A stretch of 64,000 nucleotides of DNA, from sequence record OK272484.1; one strand, 5' to 3'. Made by a program: the position numbers and the translations under genes. Under the pieces are notes generated by a model. The model was not told the origin of the DNA, made no database searches, and saw nothing but the letters and a program-made list of their open reading frames with translations. Shown here piece by piece: positions 41,038 to 50,646 of this stretch. This DNA comes from Escherichia phage JLBYU22. How positions within the stretch are numbered: the stretch's first letter is position 1; each line of letters begins with the position of its first letter.

Positions 41038-43302
41038 TCATAATTTACAGGATGAACAATCTTCAGCTTTTGGAGTTTCTATTTCATAATCATCAGTACC
41101 AGAACCATCACGGGTATTATGATAATAGAAATTTTTTCCGCCAAAATACCAAAAATACAAAAGGTCATCAATCATTATTGACATTGGAACCTTTCCTTTT
41201 GGAAAAATCTGTGGGTCATAATATGTATTCGCCGAAGCTGATTGACAAACCCATTTCAGCATAATAGCTACCTGCGTAAGATAAGGTTTATTACCTTTCT
41301 TAGCTAATTTCCATGTATAATCATAGAGGTCTATGTTATGCTCAATATTGGGCACGACTTGATTAAAGGAGCCCTCTTTTGATTCTTTAACAGAGACTGG
41401 TCCACGTGGAGGCTCGATACCGTTTGTACTGTTAGAAACTTGGGAAGATGACTCACATGGCATAAGTGCTGATAATGTGCTATTACGGATGCCAAAGAGC
41501 TTAAGGTCTTCCCGCAGCGACGACCAGTCACAAACGTATTTTGGAGCTGCGATTTGGTCAATCTTTTTATTGTACCAGTCGATAGGTAATTCGCCTCGAG
41601 ACCAACGAGTGTCTGAATAATATTCGCAAGGTCCTTTTTCTTTGGCGAGCTTAATGGATGCTTTAATGAGTCCATACTGTAATCTCTCAAATAGTTCATG
41701 TGTTAAATCGTTAGCATCTTCATAAGAAGCAAAGTTACTTGCCAGCCAAGCTGCATAGTTAGTAACACCTACACCGAGGTTACGACGCTTTTTAGCTTTT
41801 TCTGCTTCAGGAACTGGATATCCTTGGTAATCCAAAAGATTATCAAGAGCACGAACTTGGACTTCTGCCAATTCATTAATTTTATCTTGGTCTTGCCAGT
41901 CAAAATTATCCAGTACGAATGCAGAGAGAGTACACAATCCAATTTCAGCATCAGGACTATTCACATCATTTGTTGGAATAGCAATTTCACAGCACAAGTT
42001 ACTCTGACGAATAGGTGCCTTTTCACGAATAAACGGAGTATAGTTATTCGTATTATCAATGAACTGCACATAAATCCTTGCTGTTCCTGAACGTTCAGTC
42101 ATGAGCAATTCAAATAGTTCACGGGCTTTAATACGCTTTTTACGAATATTAGGGTCTTTTTCTGCAGCTTCATACAATTCACGGAAACGGTCTTGGTCTT
42201 TAAAATAAGAATAATAAAGCTCGCCGCCCATTTCATGCGGACTGAACAAAGTAATGTAATCGTTCTTTCCGAATCGTTCCATCATCAAATCATTCAGCTG
42301 AACACCATAATCCATGTGACGAATGCGGTTTTCTTCTACGCCTTTGTTATTTTTCAAAACGAGAAGATTTTCAACTTCCAAATGCCAAATAGGATAATAA
42401 GCAGTAGCAGCGCCGCCACGAATTCCACCCTGTGAACATGATTTAACTGCAGTCTGAAAATGTTTCCAAAAAGGAATAACACCAGTATGACGTACTTCAC
42501 CCATGCCAATCTTAGAACCTTCGGCACGAATCATACCAACGTTAATACCAATTCCAGCGCGTTTAGAGATATATTCAACAATTGAAGCGGAAGCCTTATT
42601 GATAGACTTTAATGAATCACCTGCCTCAATAACAACGCATGAACTAAACTGTCGAGTCGGAGTACGACAACCAGCCATAATAGGAGTTGGCAATGAAATC
42701 TGTCGAGTAGATACTGCTTCATAAAAACGGATAACATGTTTTAATCTATCAACAGGTTCATCTTGATGCAGTGCCATTCCAATAGTCATAAATGCAAACT
42801 GCGGAGTTTCATAAATTTGACCGGTGGTTTTATCTTTGACTAGATATTTTTCTTTTAATTGCATCGCTCCGGAATAAGTAAATTCCATATCCCGCTCGTG
42901 CTTAATTTTTGATTCTAAAAATGTAATTTCTTCCGCAGAATATTTTGACAATAATTCAGAGTCATATTTCCCTTCATTTACGCAATAAGAAATATGGTCA
43001 ATAAATGAACGCGGTTCATACTGCCCGTAAACATGCTTACGAAGAGCAAACATTAAACAGCGTGCAGCTACATATTGATAATCAGGCTCTTCAACCGAAA
43101 TAGAATTCGCAGCAGCCTTAATGACAATAGTCTGAATATCATCAGTTGTCATTCCATCACGGAGATAAGATTTAATATTTTCATATAATTCATAAGGATC
43201 TACTGATGTTCCTTCAGCTGCCCAAGATAAAACTTTAATAATTTTTTGTGGGTCGAAGCTCTGAGAAACACCACTACTTTTGATAACATTAATTAATTGC
43301 AT
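41038..43302 (-). CDS. nrdA: Ribonucleotide reductase large subunit
   Basis: 754 aa as in T4 NrdA; N-terminal ATP-cone-like region. Confidence 0.95.
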   Translation of the reverse strand: MQLINVIKSSGVSQSFDPQKIIKVLSWAAEGTSVDPYELYENIKSYLRDGMTTDDIQTIVIKAAANSISVEEPDYQYVAARCLMFALRKHVYGQYEPRSFIDHISYCVNEGKYDSELLSKYSAEEITFLESKIKHERDMEFTYSGAMQLKEKYLVKDKTTGQIYETPQFAFMTIGMALHQDEPVDRLKHVIRFYEAVSTRQISLPTPIMAGCRTPTRQFSSCVVIEAGDSLKSINKASASIVEYISKRAGIGINVGMIRAEGSKIGMGEVRHTGVIPFWKHFQTAVKSCSQGGIRGGAATAYYPIWHLEVENLLVLKNNKGVEENRIRHMDYGVQLNDLMMERFGKNDYITLFSPHEMGGELYYSYFKDQDRFRELYEAAEKDPNIRKKRIKARELFELLMTERSGTARIYVQFIDNTNNYTPFIREKAPIRQSNLCCEIAIPTNDVNSPDAEIGLCTLSAFVLDNFDWQDQDKINELAEVQVRALDNLLDYQGYPVPEAEKAKKRRNLGVGVTNYAAWLASNFASYEDANDLTHELFERLQYGLIKASIKLAKEKGPCEYYSDTRWSRGELPIDWYNKKIDQIAAPKYVCDWSSLREDLKLFGIRNSTLSALMPCESSSQVSNSTNGIEPPRGPVSVKESKEGSFNQVVPNIEHNIDLYDYTWKLAKKGNKPYLTQVAIMLKWVCQSASANTYYDPQIFPKGKVPMSIMIDDLLYFWYFGGKNFYYHNTRDGSGTDDYEIETPKAEDCSSCKL

Positions 43303-43619
43303 AAGTCCTCAACTTGAAAATCGTCTTTAAACAATCGGTTAACTATATGAGCTATTATATCACCATGACACGGCTTTGGTTTACATGTGCATCCTAGCCT
43401 CATTCCACGTAAAGGCTCTAAATGTGCTTTAGTTATTTCTCCGGATTTAATTCGACGTATAAAATCTTTTTTGAATAATTCAATGGCAGCCTCCCGGCTG
43501 CCAGCATCTTTACCGACGTAATTTCCCCAAAATGTACCACGGTGAATATTAACATCAAAGTCGGATTTGTATTTATTCACTACCCGGCATAGACGGCCCG
43601 CGCTGGAATAATTCGTCAT
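43293..43619 (-). CDS. Hypothetical 108-aa protein (nrdA.1 position)
   Basis: ORF between td and nrdA. Confidence 0.55.
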
Positions 43620-43836
43620 ATTGTTTTTCCGTTAATACAGTAATATCATAGTAACAGTCAGAAGAAGTTTTAACTGTGGAAATTTTATTATCAAAATACT
43701 CACGAGTCATTTTATGAGTATAGTATTTTTTACCATAAATGGTAATAGGCTGTTCTGGTCCTGGAACTTCTAACTCGCTTGGGTTAGGAAGTGTAAAAAG
43801 AACAACGCCAGAAGTATCTTTAAATCGTAAAATCAT
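43573..43836 (-). CDS. Hypothetical 87-aa protein (nrdA.2 position)
   Basis: ORF; ATGA coupling with td. Confidence 0.5.
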
Positions 43837-44693
43837 ATTGCCATTTTCCCTTTAATTGCTGGATGCGATTCATAATTTTCAAGGATAAAATCTTTCGGTT
43901 TCATGTATTCAGTTAACCAGTAAAGCTGTGTTTCGGTGTCACAATTTCCAAACTCTATAGGCCAATCAATTTTAAGTTCACATAGTTCTTTAGGCTCACG
44001 ACGTAAAATTTCTTTACATTGCTCAGTATGATTCATATAGATGTGAGTATTACCACCAGAAAATATCAAATCTCCTGGGATAAGATTACACATCTTAGCC
44101 ACAATATGCGTCAAGGCAGCGTACGAGGCAATGTTGAATGGCAATCCCAAGAAAACATCTACACTTCTTTGGTACCATTGTAAATCAAGATAACCATTAC
44201 GCACATTAAACTGATAGAACATATGACAGGGCGGTAATGCCATTTGATTGATTTCAGCTGGATTCCATGCTGAAACGATTTGACGTCGATCAGTTGGTAA
44301 TTTTTTAATACGATCAATAGTTTCAACTAATTGATCCACACCACCGAAATCACGCCATTGTTTACCGTATATAGGACCAAGTTCACCACTATGATATCCT
44401 AGGTCTTTAGCCTGGTTTTCATAGTTATCGTCCCAAATAGTTTTACCTTGAATAAGACTGCCATGAGTGCGAAGACGTAAATCATTAACATTGGTAGAAC
44501 CGGAAATAAACCATAGAAGCTCAGCAATGCATGCATTCCAGGCGAGCTTTTTAGTTGTTACTGCAGGAAAACCTTTGGTTAAATCCCAACGCAATTTAGT
44601 ACCGAACAAAGCAATTGTTCCTGTGCCTGTTCGGTCATCGGTTTCATAACCATTTTCAAAAATGTCTTTAATTAAATCTTGGTATTGTTTCAT
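43833..44693 (-). CDS. td: Thymidylate synthase, uninterrupted
   Basis: 286 aa continuous; active-site PPCHMFYQF; no intron. Confidence 0.97.
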
Positions 44694-44737
44694 TTAGTAC
44701 CTTATATAAATTATAATACATTTTATGAAGCTAATAA

Positions 44738-45097
44738 TTAATACGGTTTAGCATCAAATTTTCTCTCAATTTCAGGCGTGAAATATAATTCTTTACCGCG
44801 TTTGGAAAAACGACCAATAATATGATAATTATTCTCATCAAACGTGATATTGCCGATATCCATAGCTTTCAACCAAATATCGATATTTCTGTCAAGCTTT
44901 ATATCAAAATTCCAATACGGAGAACTATTACCAAAAATACTGCAAGCGGATTCAGTGAAACAACTGCTATAAATTTTGTCTTTAGGAACTATTAATTGAT
45001 AGACGCCTTTAATAAACTGAGGACCTTGCCATTTTGGTTGTTTCGCGTCTTTTTCTAATAGAATAGGGTAATAATTAAAATTCATATTTTCCGCCAC
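44738..45097 (-). CDS. Hypothetical protein inserted between frd and td (115-119 aa; track start is GTG, first ATG is codon 5)
   Basis: ORF fills the frd-td joint; no recognisable motif. Confidence 0.5.
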   Translation of the reverse strand: MAENMNFNYYPILLEKDAKQPKWQGPQFIKGVYQLIVPKDKIYSSCFTESACSIFGNSSPYWNFDIKLDRNIDIWLKAMDIGNITFDENNYHIIGRFSKRGKELYFTPEIERKFDAKPY

Positions 45098-45105
45098 GTA
45101 TTATT

Positions 45106-45932
<827 letters not shown>

Positions 45933-45943
45933 ATTATCTCCTA

Positions 45944-46276
45944 TTAAAAAGGATCAGGAATATATCCGCTAGCTTTAATCATTTTAATTAACGTTAGCAT
46001 TCCTTTATTAACCGCTAGTGAGATTTCATCAAAAACTTCATCACTAAAAAGTTCTAACACACCCTTCTGAACTTTTAATTTACAGCCAACAATTTCGTCA
46101 TCGCCTATAGTAAATTCATTACCACCAATTCCTCCGAAAAACTTAATTACACCAGTTAACTGTCTTCCACGAGAATATGGGTCGTGTGATAAAGTAATAT
46201 GAGTCACCCCGGGTACAGTTTTAAATTGGCAGCGAATATTTACTTGAGCAATTCCAGTTACATGAATGTCAGACAT
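45944..46276 (-). CDS. Hypothetical 110-aa protein (frd.2 position)
   Basis: ORF. Confidence 0.55.
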   Translation of the reverse strand: MSDIHVTGIAQVNIRCQFKTVPGVTHITLSHDPYSRGRQLTGVIKFFGGIGGNEFTIGDDEIVGCKLKVQKGVLELFSDEVFDEISLAVNKGMLTLIKMIKASGYIPDPF

Positions 46277-46286
46277 AATATTTTCC

Positions 46287-46529
46287 TCAAACAGACTTTT
46301 TCACAATTTTCCAATCAGCTTTAAACTGCTCGACGTCAGAATGGTAAATCCAAAATCCTGCGCTTTCTCCGTCTTCATAAAGAGGACATCCATCGCATTC
46401 ATCTTCCCATCCCATATCACGTAAAAGATGTTCAGCTTTTTCAACAAGTTCAGAATCTTTACCGATGATATTAAAATACCATTTACCTCTAACTTCCGAA
46501 TCTTTGATGCTCTGACGTTGTAATCTCAT
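46287..46529 (-). CDS. Hypothetical 80-aa protein (frd.3 position)
   Basis: GAGGAG RBS and GTTTAC-N17-TACTAT promoter-like element upstream. Confidence 0.6.
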   Translation of the reverse strand: MRLQRQSIKDSEVRGKWYFNIIGKDSELVEKAEHLLRDMGWEDECDGCPLYEDGESAGFWIYHSDVEQFKADWKIVKKSV

Positions 46530-46544
46530 TTTATTCTCCTCAGT

Positions 46545-46587
46545 AGTTGATAGGGTAATAGTATCACACTACTACCCTGATGTAAAC
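46545..46587 (-). promoter_or_regulatory. Early promoter-like element (-35 GTTTAC at complement 46582-46587)
   Basis: GTTTAC, 17-nt spacer ending TGTG, then ATACTAT. Confidence 0.5.
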
Positions 46588-46952
46588 TACTTTTTGAAAG
46601 TTTTTCGCAAAAGTTCAATGATTTCATCTACATTATTTTCGTCTACAATGCAGTGAATTTTTGTTACGCCAGAAACCTTGTCTTCGACTTCATCTTCTTC
46701 AGAAGTCGGTTCTTTATACTCACGAAAACAATGAAATTCGTCTTCACAAACGTTAAAGTAAAAATGCTTTCCATTTGCGCATTCAATGTGTTTTATTACT
46801 CTAAATCCATCAACAAAGAAAGCTTCTTTAACTTCAAACCATCCACCATTTTCTTGAATAATTTTAACTATTGATGAATTAGAACGCGGGCGATAATTAA
46901 TAAATGTATCAATAAGTCTTGGAACAAGCTCATACTTTTTGCCAATATACAT
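46587..46952 (-). CDS. Hypothetical 121-aa Cys-rich protein
   Basis: ORF between frd.3-like gene and gene 32. Confidence 0.5.
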   Translation of the reverse strand: MYIGKKYELVPRLIDTFINYRPRSNSSIVKIIQENGGWFEVKEAFFVDGFRVIKHIECANGKHFYFNVCEDEFHCFREYKEPTSEEDEVEDKVSGVTKIHCIVDENNVDEIIELLRKTFKK

Positions 46953-46996
46953 TACATTTTCCTCATTTTAACGGGGCTGTAATAGCCCCTTGATAA

Positions 46997-47227
46997 TTAT
47001 TGTTCAATCAATCCCATGTAAAATTCTGTGTCTTCAGAATCCATGCCATCACAATATTCATTAGCCATAAAGCGGGTGAGGTCTTCAAGAGGACCTTCAA
47101 TGACAATAGAAAAATTGCAATAATTGGGATCATCGTGAATACTTGTGATACTAAGTTCAGGATAACGATTACGAATAATTTCTTCGATATATTCAAAATC
47201 AACGATGTCAATATCAACTTTAGCCAT
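46997..47227 (-). CDS. Hypothetical 76-aa acidic protein (start moved to Met8, which has an AGAGGAAAA RBS)
   Basis: ORF immediately downstream of the gene 32 terminator. Confidence 0.5.
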   Translation of the reverse strand: MAKVDIDIVDFEYIEEIIRNRYPELSITSIHDDPNYCNFSIVIEGPLEDLTRFMANEYCDGMDSEDTEFYMGLIEQ

Positions 47228-47259
47228 ATTATTTTCCTCTTTAATCATCAGCAGTATTG

Positions 47260-47300
47260 CCGATAGTTGTATAGTACCATGGAAGAACAGGGATGTAAAC
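47260..47300 (-). promoter_or_regulatory. Early promoter-like element (-35 GTTTAC at complement 47295-47300)
   Basis: GTTTAC, 18-nt spacer, TACTAT. Confidence 0.45.
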
Positions 47301-47331
47301 AGTTTTGTGAAAAAATTTTTGAAATAAAAAA

Positions 47332-47350
47332 GGGGACCCTAGAGGTCCCC
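47332..47350 (-). terminator. Rho-independent terminator GGGGACC-loop-GGTCCCC + T6 downstream of gene 32
   Basis: 7-bp perfect stem followed by TTTTTTATTTC on the minus strand. Confidence 0.85.
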
Positions 47351-47372
47351 AATTAATTAGTAATATAATCTA

Positions 47373-48281
47373 TTAAAGGTCATTCAAAAGGTCATCCAGG
47401 TCCGTGTCATCAGCACTAGATGAACTGCCAGAGCTTGAGCTCATAAAATCATCTTCAGTTTTTGTATTGAAGTCATCAACATTGAATGCATCCAAATCAT
47501 CAGCAACTTTATCAGCTTTCTTAGCGGCAGTTGCTGCGGCACCGCCCATCACAGCAGTTCCCATAACTTGACCGAATTTAGTGCTCAGTTCTTCAAATGA
47601 TTTGAATTTATCTTTAGAAGTCATTTCAGAAAGGTCAACCATTTGTTCGAACAGTTCTTTCTGGAAAGATTTATCGTCAATGTTTGGAATCGCAGATTGA
47701 TTCAGGAATTTAGATTCATCGTAGTTACTAAATCCAGAAACTTGTTTAACTTTCAGTACAAAGTTAGCACCTTCCCACGGACAAGTTACATCAACCGGAG
47801 TTTCACCCATTTCAACATCAACTGCAATCATCGCGTTGATTTTATCCCAGATTTTCTTACCGAAACGATATTTAAATACTTTACCTTCGTTTTCTGGAGC
47901 AGCTGGGTCTTTTACTACAAGAATGTTAGCCCAGTAAGAAGTTTTACGTTTAACAAGACTGTACTCTTTATTGTCAGTGTTGTACAGATCATTTTTACTG
48001 ATGTACTGACATACTGGGCAAGAATCGTAATCACCGTGGGTAGATGAACAGTTTTCAATATACCATTTACCATTTTTCTTGAAACCGTGATTTACAAGAA
48101 TTGCGAATGGTGCTTGTTCATCATTTTTAGACGGAAGAAAACGAATTACTGCTTGACCGTTACCCGCATTGTCGAGTTTCAGTTTCCACTCGCCTTTATC
48201 TTCAGAAGAAAAACCACCTTTATTTCCAGCCAGTTTAGCCATTTGTGCAGCGAGTTCAGCAGTAGATTTACGTTTAAACAT
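47373..48281 (-). CDS. 32: Single-stranded DNA-binding protein gp32
   Basis: 302 aa; zinc-binding [14 protein letters not shown]; acidic Ser/Asp-rich C-terminus. Confidence 0.98.
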   Translation of the reverse strand: MFKRKSTAELAAQMAKLAGNKGGFSSEDKGEWKLKLDNAGNGQAVIRFLPSKNDEQAPFAILVNHGFKKNGKWYIENCSSTHGDYDSCPVCQYISKNDLYNTDNKEYSLVKRKTSYWANILVVKDPAAPENEGKVFKYRFGKKIWDKINAMIAVDVEMGETPVDVTCPWEGANFVLKVKQVSGFSNYDESKFLNQSAIPNIDDKSFQKELFEQMVDLSEMTSKDKFKSFEELSTKFGQVMGTAVMGGAAATAAKKADKVADDLDAFNVDDFNTKTEDDFMSSSSGSSSSADDTDLDDLLNDL

Positions 48282-48380
48282 TTTTATTTCCTTTTTAATT
48301 TAATTAACAGTTGGTGCTATGACGATGTATGACCTCATAGCTGGTCAGTGAGATAATTATAATCTATTTATAATAAGCAA

Positions 48381-49034
48381 TTAATACTTACAAGATTTCA
48401 CAGTTTCAATGAAAACACTTTTAGCTTTCTGTGAATCAATATTTAAAATTTTTCTATAAGCCTTTAACTTTATAGAATAATTATTCCAGACTAAATTATC
48501 AGTCTGTTCATCATGTTTATCAATTATATTTAAAAACGAATCAAGCAAGATAAACGTCTCAAACGAAATTATATTCGATTGAAGTAGTTTAAAAATATAA
48601 CTTGATTGAACTTTTGGATTATACTCAAAGATTTCTTTAAAAGCAGAAACTTCAACTTTTTTACTAAAATAATAAATGTTGCGAATATCTTCTTCAAACT
48701 TAAATTTAATTTGCTTTAAGCGTCCGATATATTCACGATAAAACACAAGTGCATCAGCGTCAGAGATGTCACCAATCCAAGCATCTTGGTTAGCAACCAA
48801 ATTGCTTATAAAGATTAAAGCAAGTTCCTTTAATTTATATTTTTCTGATAACTTCTGGAAAAAATACTTATCCCTTCGCTTTTGATAAGCGGCATCAGAC
48901 ACCCGCATGCACCAATTATACTTAATTACATCATACTTTCCATTCATATGTTGTTTTATCATTAAGTATAATTTATAAACTGATTTACCATCAATGTATC
49001 TTTCACCACCAGCAGGCATGCGGAGTTTAATCAT
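48381..49034 (-). CDS. 59: gp59 helicase loader
   Basis: 217 aa as in T4 gp59. Confidence 0.9.
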   Translation of the reverse strand: MIKLRMPAGGERYIDGKSVYKLYLMIKQHMNGKYDVIKYNWCMRVSDAAYQKRRDKYFFQKLSEKYKLKELALIFISNLVANQDAWIGDISDADALVFYREYIGRLKQIKFKFEEDIRNIYYFSKKVEVSAFKEIFEYNPKVQSSYIFKLLQSNIISFETFILLDSFLNIIDKHDEQTDNLVWNNYSIKLKAYRKILNIDSQKAKSVFIETVKSCKY

Positions 49035-49369
49035 AGTAGAAAATCTAATGTATTAGTTTTTTCACAACGAACAACAGAAGGACGTAAAAGATTTTCGTCA
49101 ATAGCTTCTGACTGAATTTTTTCAATTATACCCGAAGGAATAAATTTAGCAAATTGAGTTTCAGGAATAGAATTTTCTTCTAAGAATGCTGTTGTAGCTT
49201 CAAGATAACTCATTCCAAACTCTTCTACCATTTTTTCAATAATAAATCCATTTTCTTGACGGTCAAGAAGCTTTGCAATTTCATCCTTTTCTTTCTTAAT
49301 TGAAAGTTCTTTTTCTGAAAGACCGGTCTCATCGACCGGACGAATATCATTTAGAGAAAACTGTGTCAT
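49031..49369 (-). CDS. 33: gp33 late transcription co-activator
   Basis: 112 aa from Met4 (track has 115); overlaps the 3' end of dsbA. Confidence 0.85.
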   Translation of the reverse strand: MTQFSLNDIRPVDETGLSEKELSIKKEKDEIAKLLDRQENGFIIEKMVEEFGMSYLEATTAFLEENSIPETQFAKFIPSGIIEKIQSEAIDENLLRPSVVRCEKTNTLDFLL

Positions 49370-49616
49370 AAAGTTCAACTACCTCTTCAGTTTCAGCTTC
49401 AAACACATCACGGTTATCTTTATGATACAAAGCTAACAGACGATTAAACATCTTGCCATCAACACCAAGTTCATCTTTGGCACGAATTCGAATATCTTTA
49501 ATCAATTCATTATAACCAGAAATTTTCAGTTTATGATCAGATGCTTCTTTAATAAATTTAGCCAAATCTTCGCCATGGATAGCTTCATCAAATTCAACCA
49601 TTTCTTTTTTAGCCAT
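49347..49616 (-). CDS. dsbA: DsbA double-stranded DNA-binding protein
   Basis: 89 aa as in T4 DsbA. Confidence 0.8.
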   Translation of the reverse strand: MAKKEMVEFDEAIHGEDLAKFIKEASDHKLKISGYNELIKDIRIRAKDELGVDGKMFNRLLALYHKDNRDVFEAETEEVVELYDTVFSK

Positions 49617-49624
49617 TATTCACC

Positions 49625-50542
49625 TCAAAATTCATTAATGCTATTAGTTAATTTAGAAAGACCCGCTTTTACAAAATATGAATAAATTTTGCCACGCGGT
49701 GGTAATTTATATGAATTATAGTAATTCACAATGTTTGAAGCAATATTATCAGGAATATAATCAAAATCAATTAGAACTAAATTTTCTTTATAACGATTAT
49801 ATTCAGATTCTGTGAGAAGCACCTTAGCTTGCTCGCGGTCATTAGCAATAGCTTCAACAATAGAGGTTTTCATTGAAGGAGTTCGTTCACCTTCAACTCT
49901 GGTAAACCAAAAGTCAGACCGTACTTTAACTGAAGCAACGTTATCCTTTTTGTCACCTTTAAGGATTTTAGTCATACAGTCAATTTCAGCAGAACCGCTT
50001 TTAATTTTAACCCATTTCTTGTGCATCGGTGACCATTGCTTAACATTTGGGTATTTGTGAAGTTGAGTAAAGTCACCATCAGATGAAATGATTAAAATCT
50101 TGTGTCCTTCTAAAGAGAACTTTTTAACAAGAACAGCAATATGGTCATCTGCTTCATACTTATCAATATCCATAACAATGTATGGCATATAAGCTTTCAA
50201 TTCATCTATAACTTTATGGCTGGATTCAAAATAACCTTCCCAGTCCCAAGTAGATTCTTCTCGTGCTTTTCCACGGTTTTTCTTATAATAATACGCGAAA
50301 TCACGACGCCAGTATCCAGATTTCGCGTTATCAATACACAGTACAATTTTAGTGTATCCAAGAGTTTTTGCTTTTTTGACATTAAACTTAATTGAGTTCA
50401 ATATCAAATGACGAACCATTGATAAATTAATTTTTTCTTTATCTGGGAAGTTTACCAAAGCAGTTGAAAGCGCAATTTGACTAAAGTCAATTAAGCAGAT
50501 TCCTTCTTTGTAATCTTCATCCAGCATCATTTCTAAATCCAT
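49625..50542 (-). CDS. rnh: RNase H (5'-3' exonuclease / flap endonuclease)
   Basis: 305 aa from ATG 50542 (track start at 50557 is TTG); GAGG RBS. Confidence 0.95.
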   Translation of the reverse strand: MDLEMMLDEDYKEGICLIDFSQIALSTALVNFPDKEKINLSMVRHLILNSIKFNVKKAKTLGYTKIVLCIDNAKSGYWRRDFAYYYKKNRGKAREESTWDWEGYFESSHKVIDELKAYMPYIVMDIDKYEADDHIAVLVKKFSLEGHKILIISSDGDFTQLHKYPNVKQWSPMHKKWVKIKSGSAEIDCMTKILKGDKKDNVASVKVRSDFWFTRVEGERTPSMKTSIVEAIANDREQAKVLLTESEYNRYKENLVLIDFDYIPDNIASNIVNYYNSYKLPPRGKIYSYFVKAGLSKLTNSINEF

Positions 50543-50565
50543 ATGAACCTCGTTCAATTAGTGAG

Positions 50566-50601
50566 ATTTCTATTATATACCATCCGAATCTTAAAGTAAA
50601 C
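50566..50601 (-). promoter_or_regulatory. Sigma70-type early promoter for rnh (-35 GTTTAC, ~18-nt spacer, -10 TATAAT)
   Basis: Minus strand reads GTTTAC...GTATATAAT, followed by GAGG and ATG. Confidence 0.6.
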
Positions 50602-50604
50602 AAG

Positions 50605-50612
50605 TATAAATA
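50605..50612 (+). promoter_or_regulatory. Late promoter box TATAAATA upstream of gene 34
   Basis: Exact TATAAATA 35 nt upstream of ATG 50647; AGGAG RBS. Confidence 0.7.
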
Positions 50613-50646
50613 CTTATTATTGAAAACACAATAGGAGCCCGGGAGA

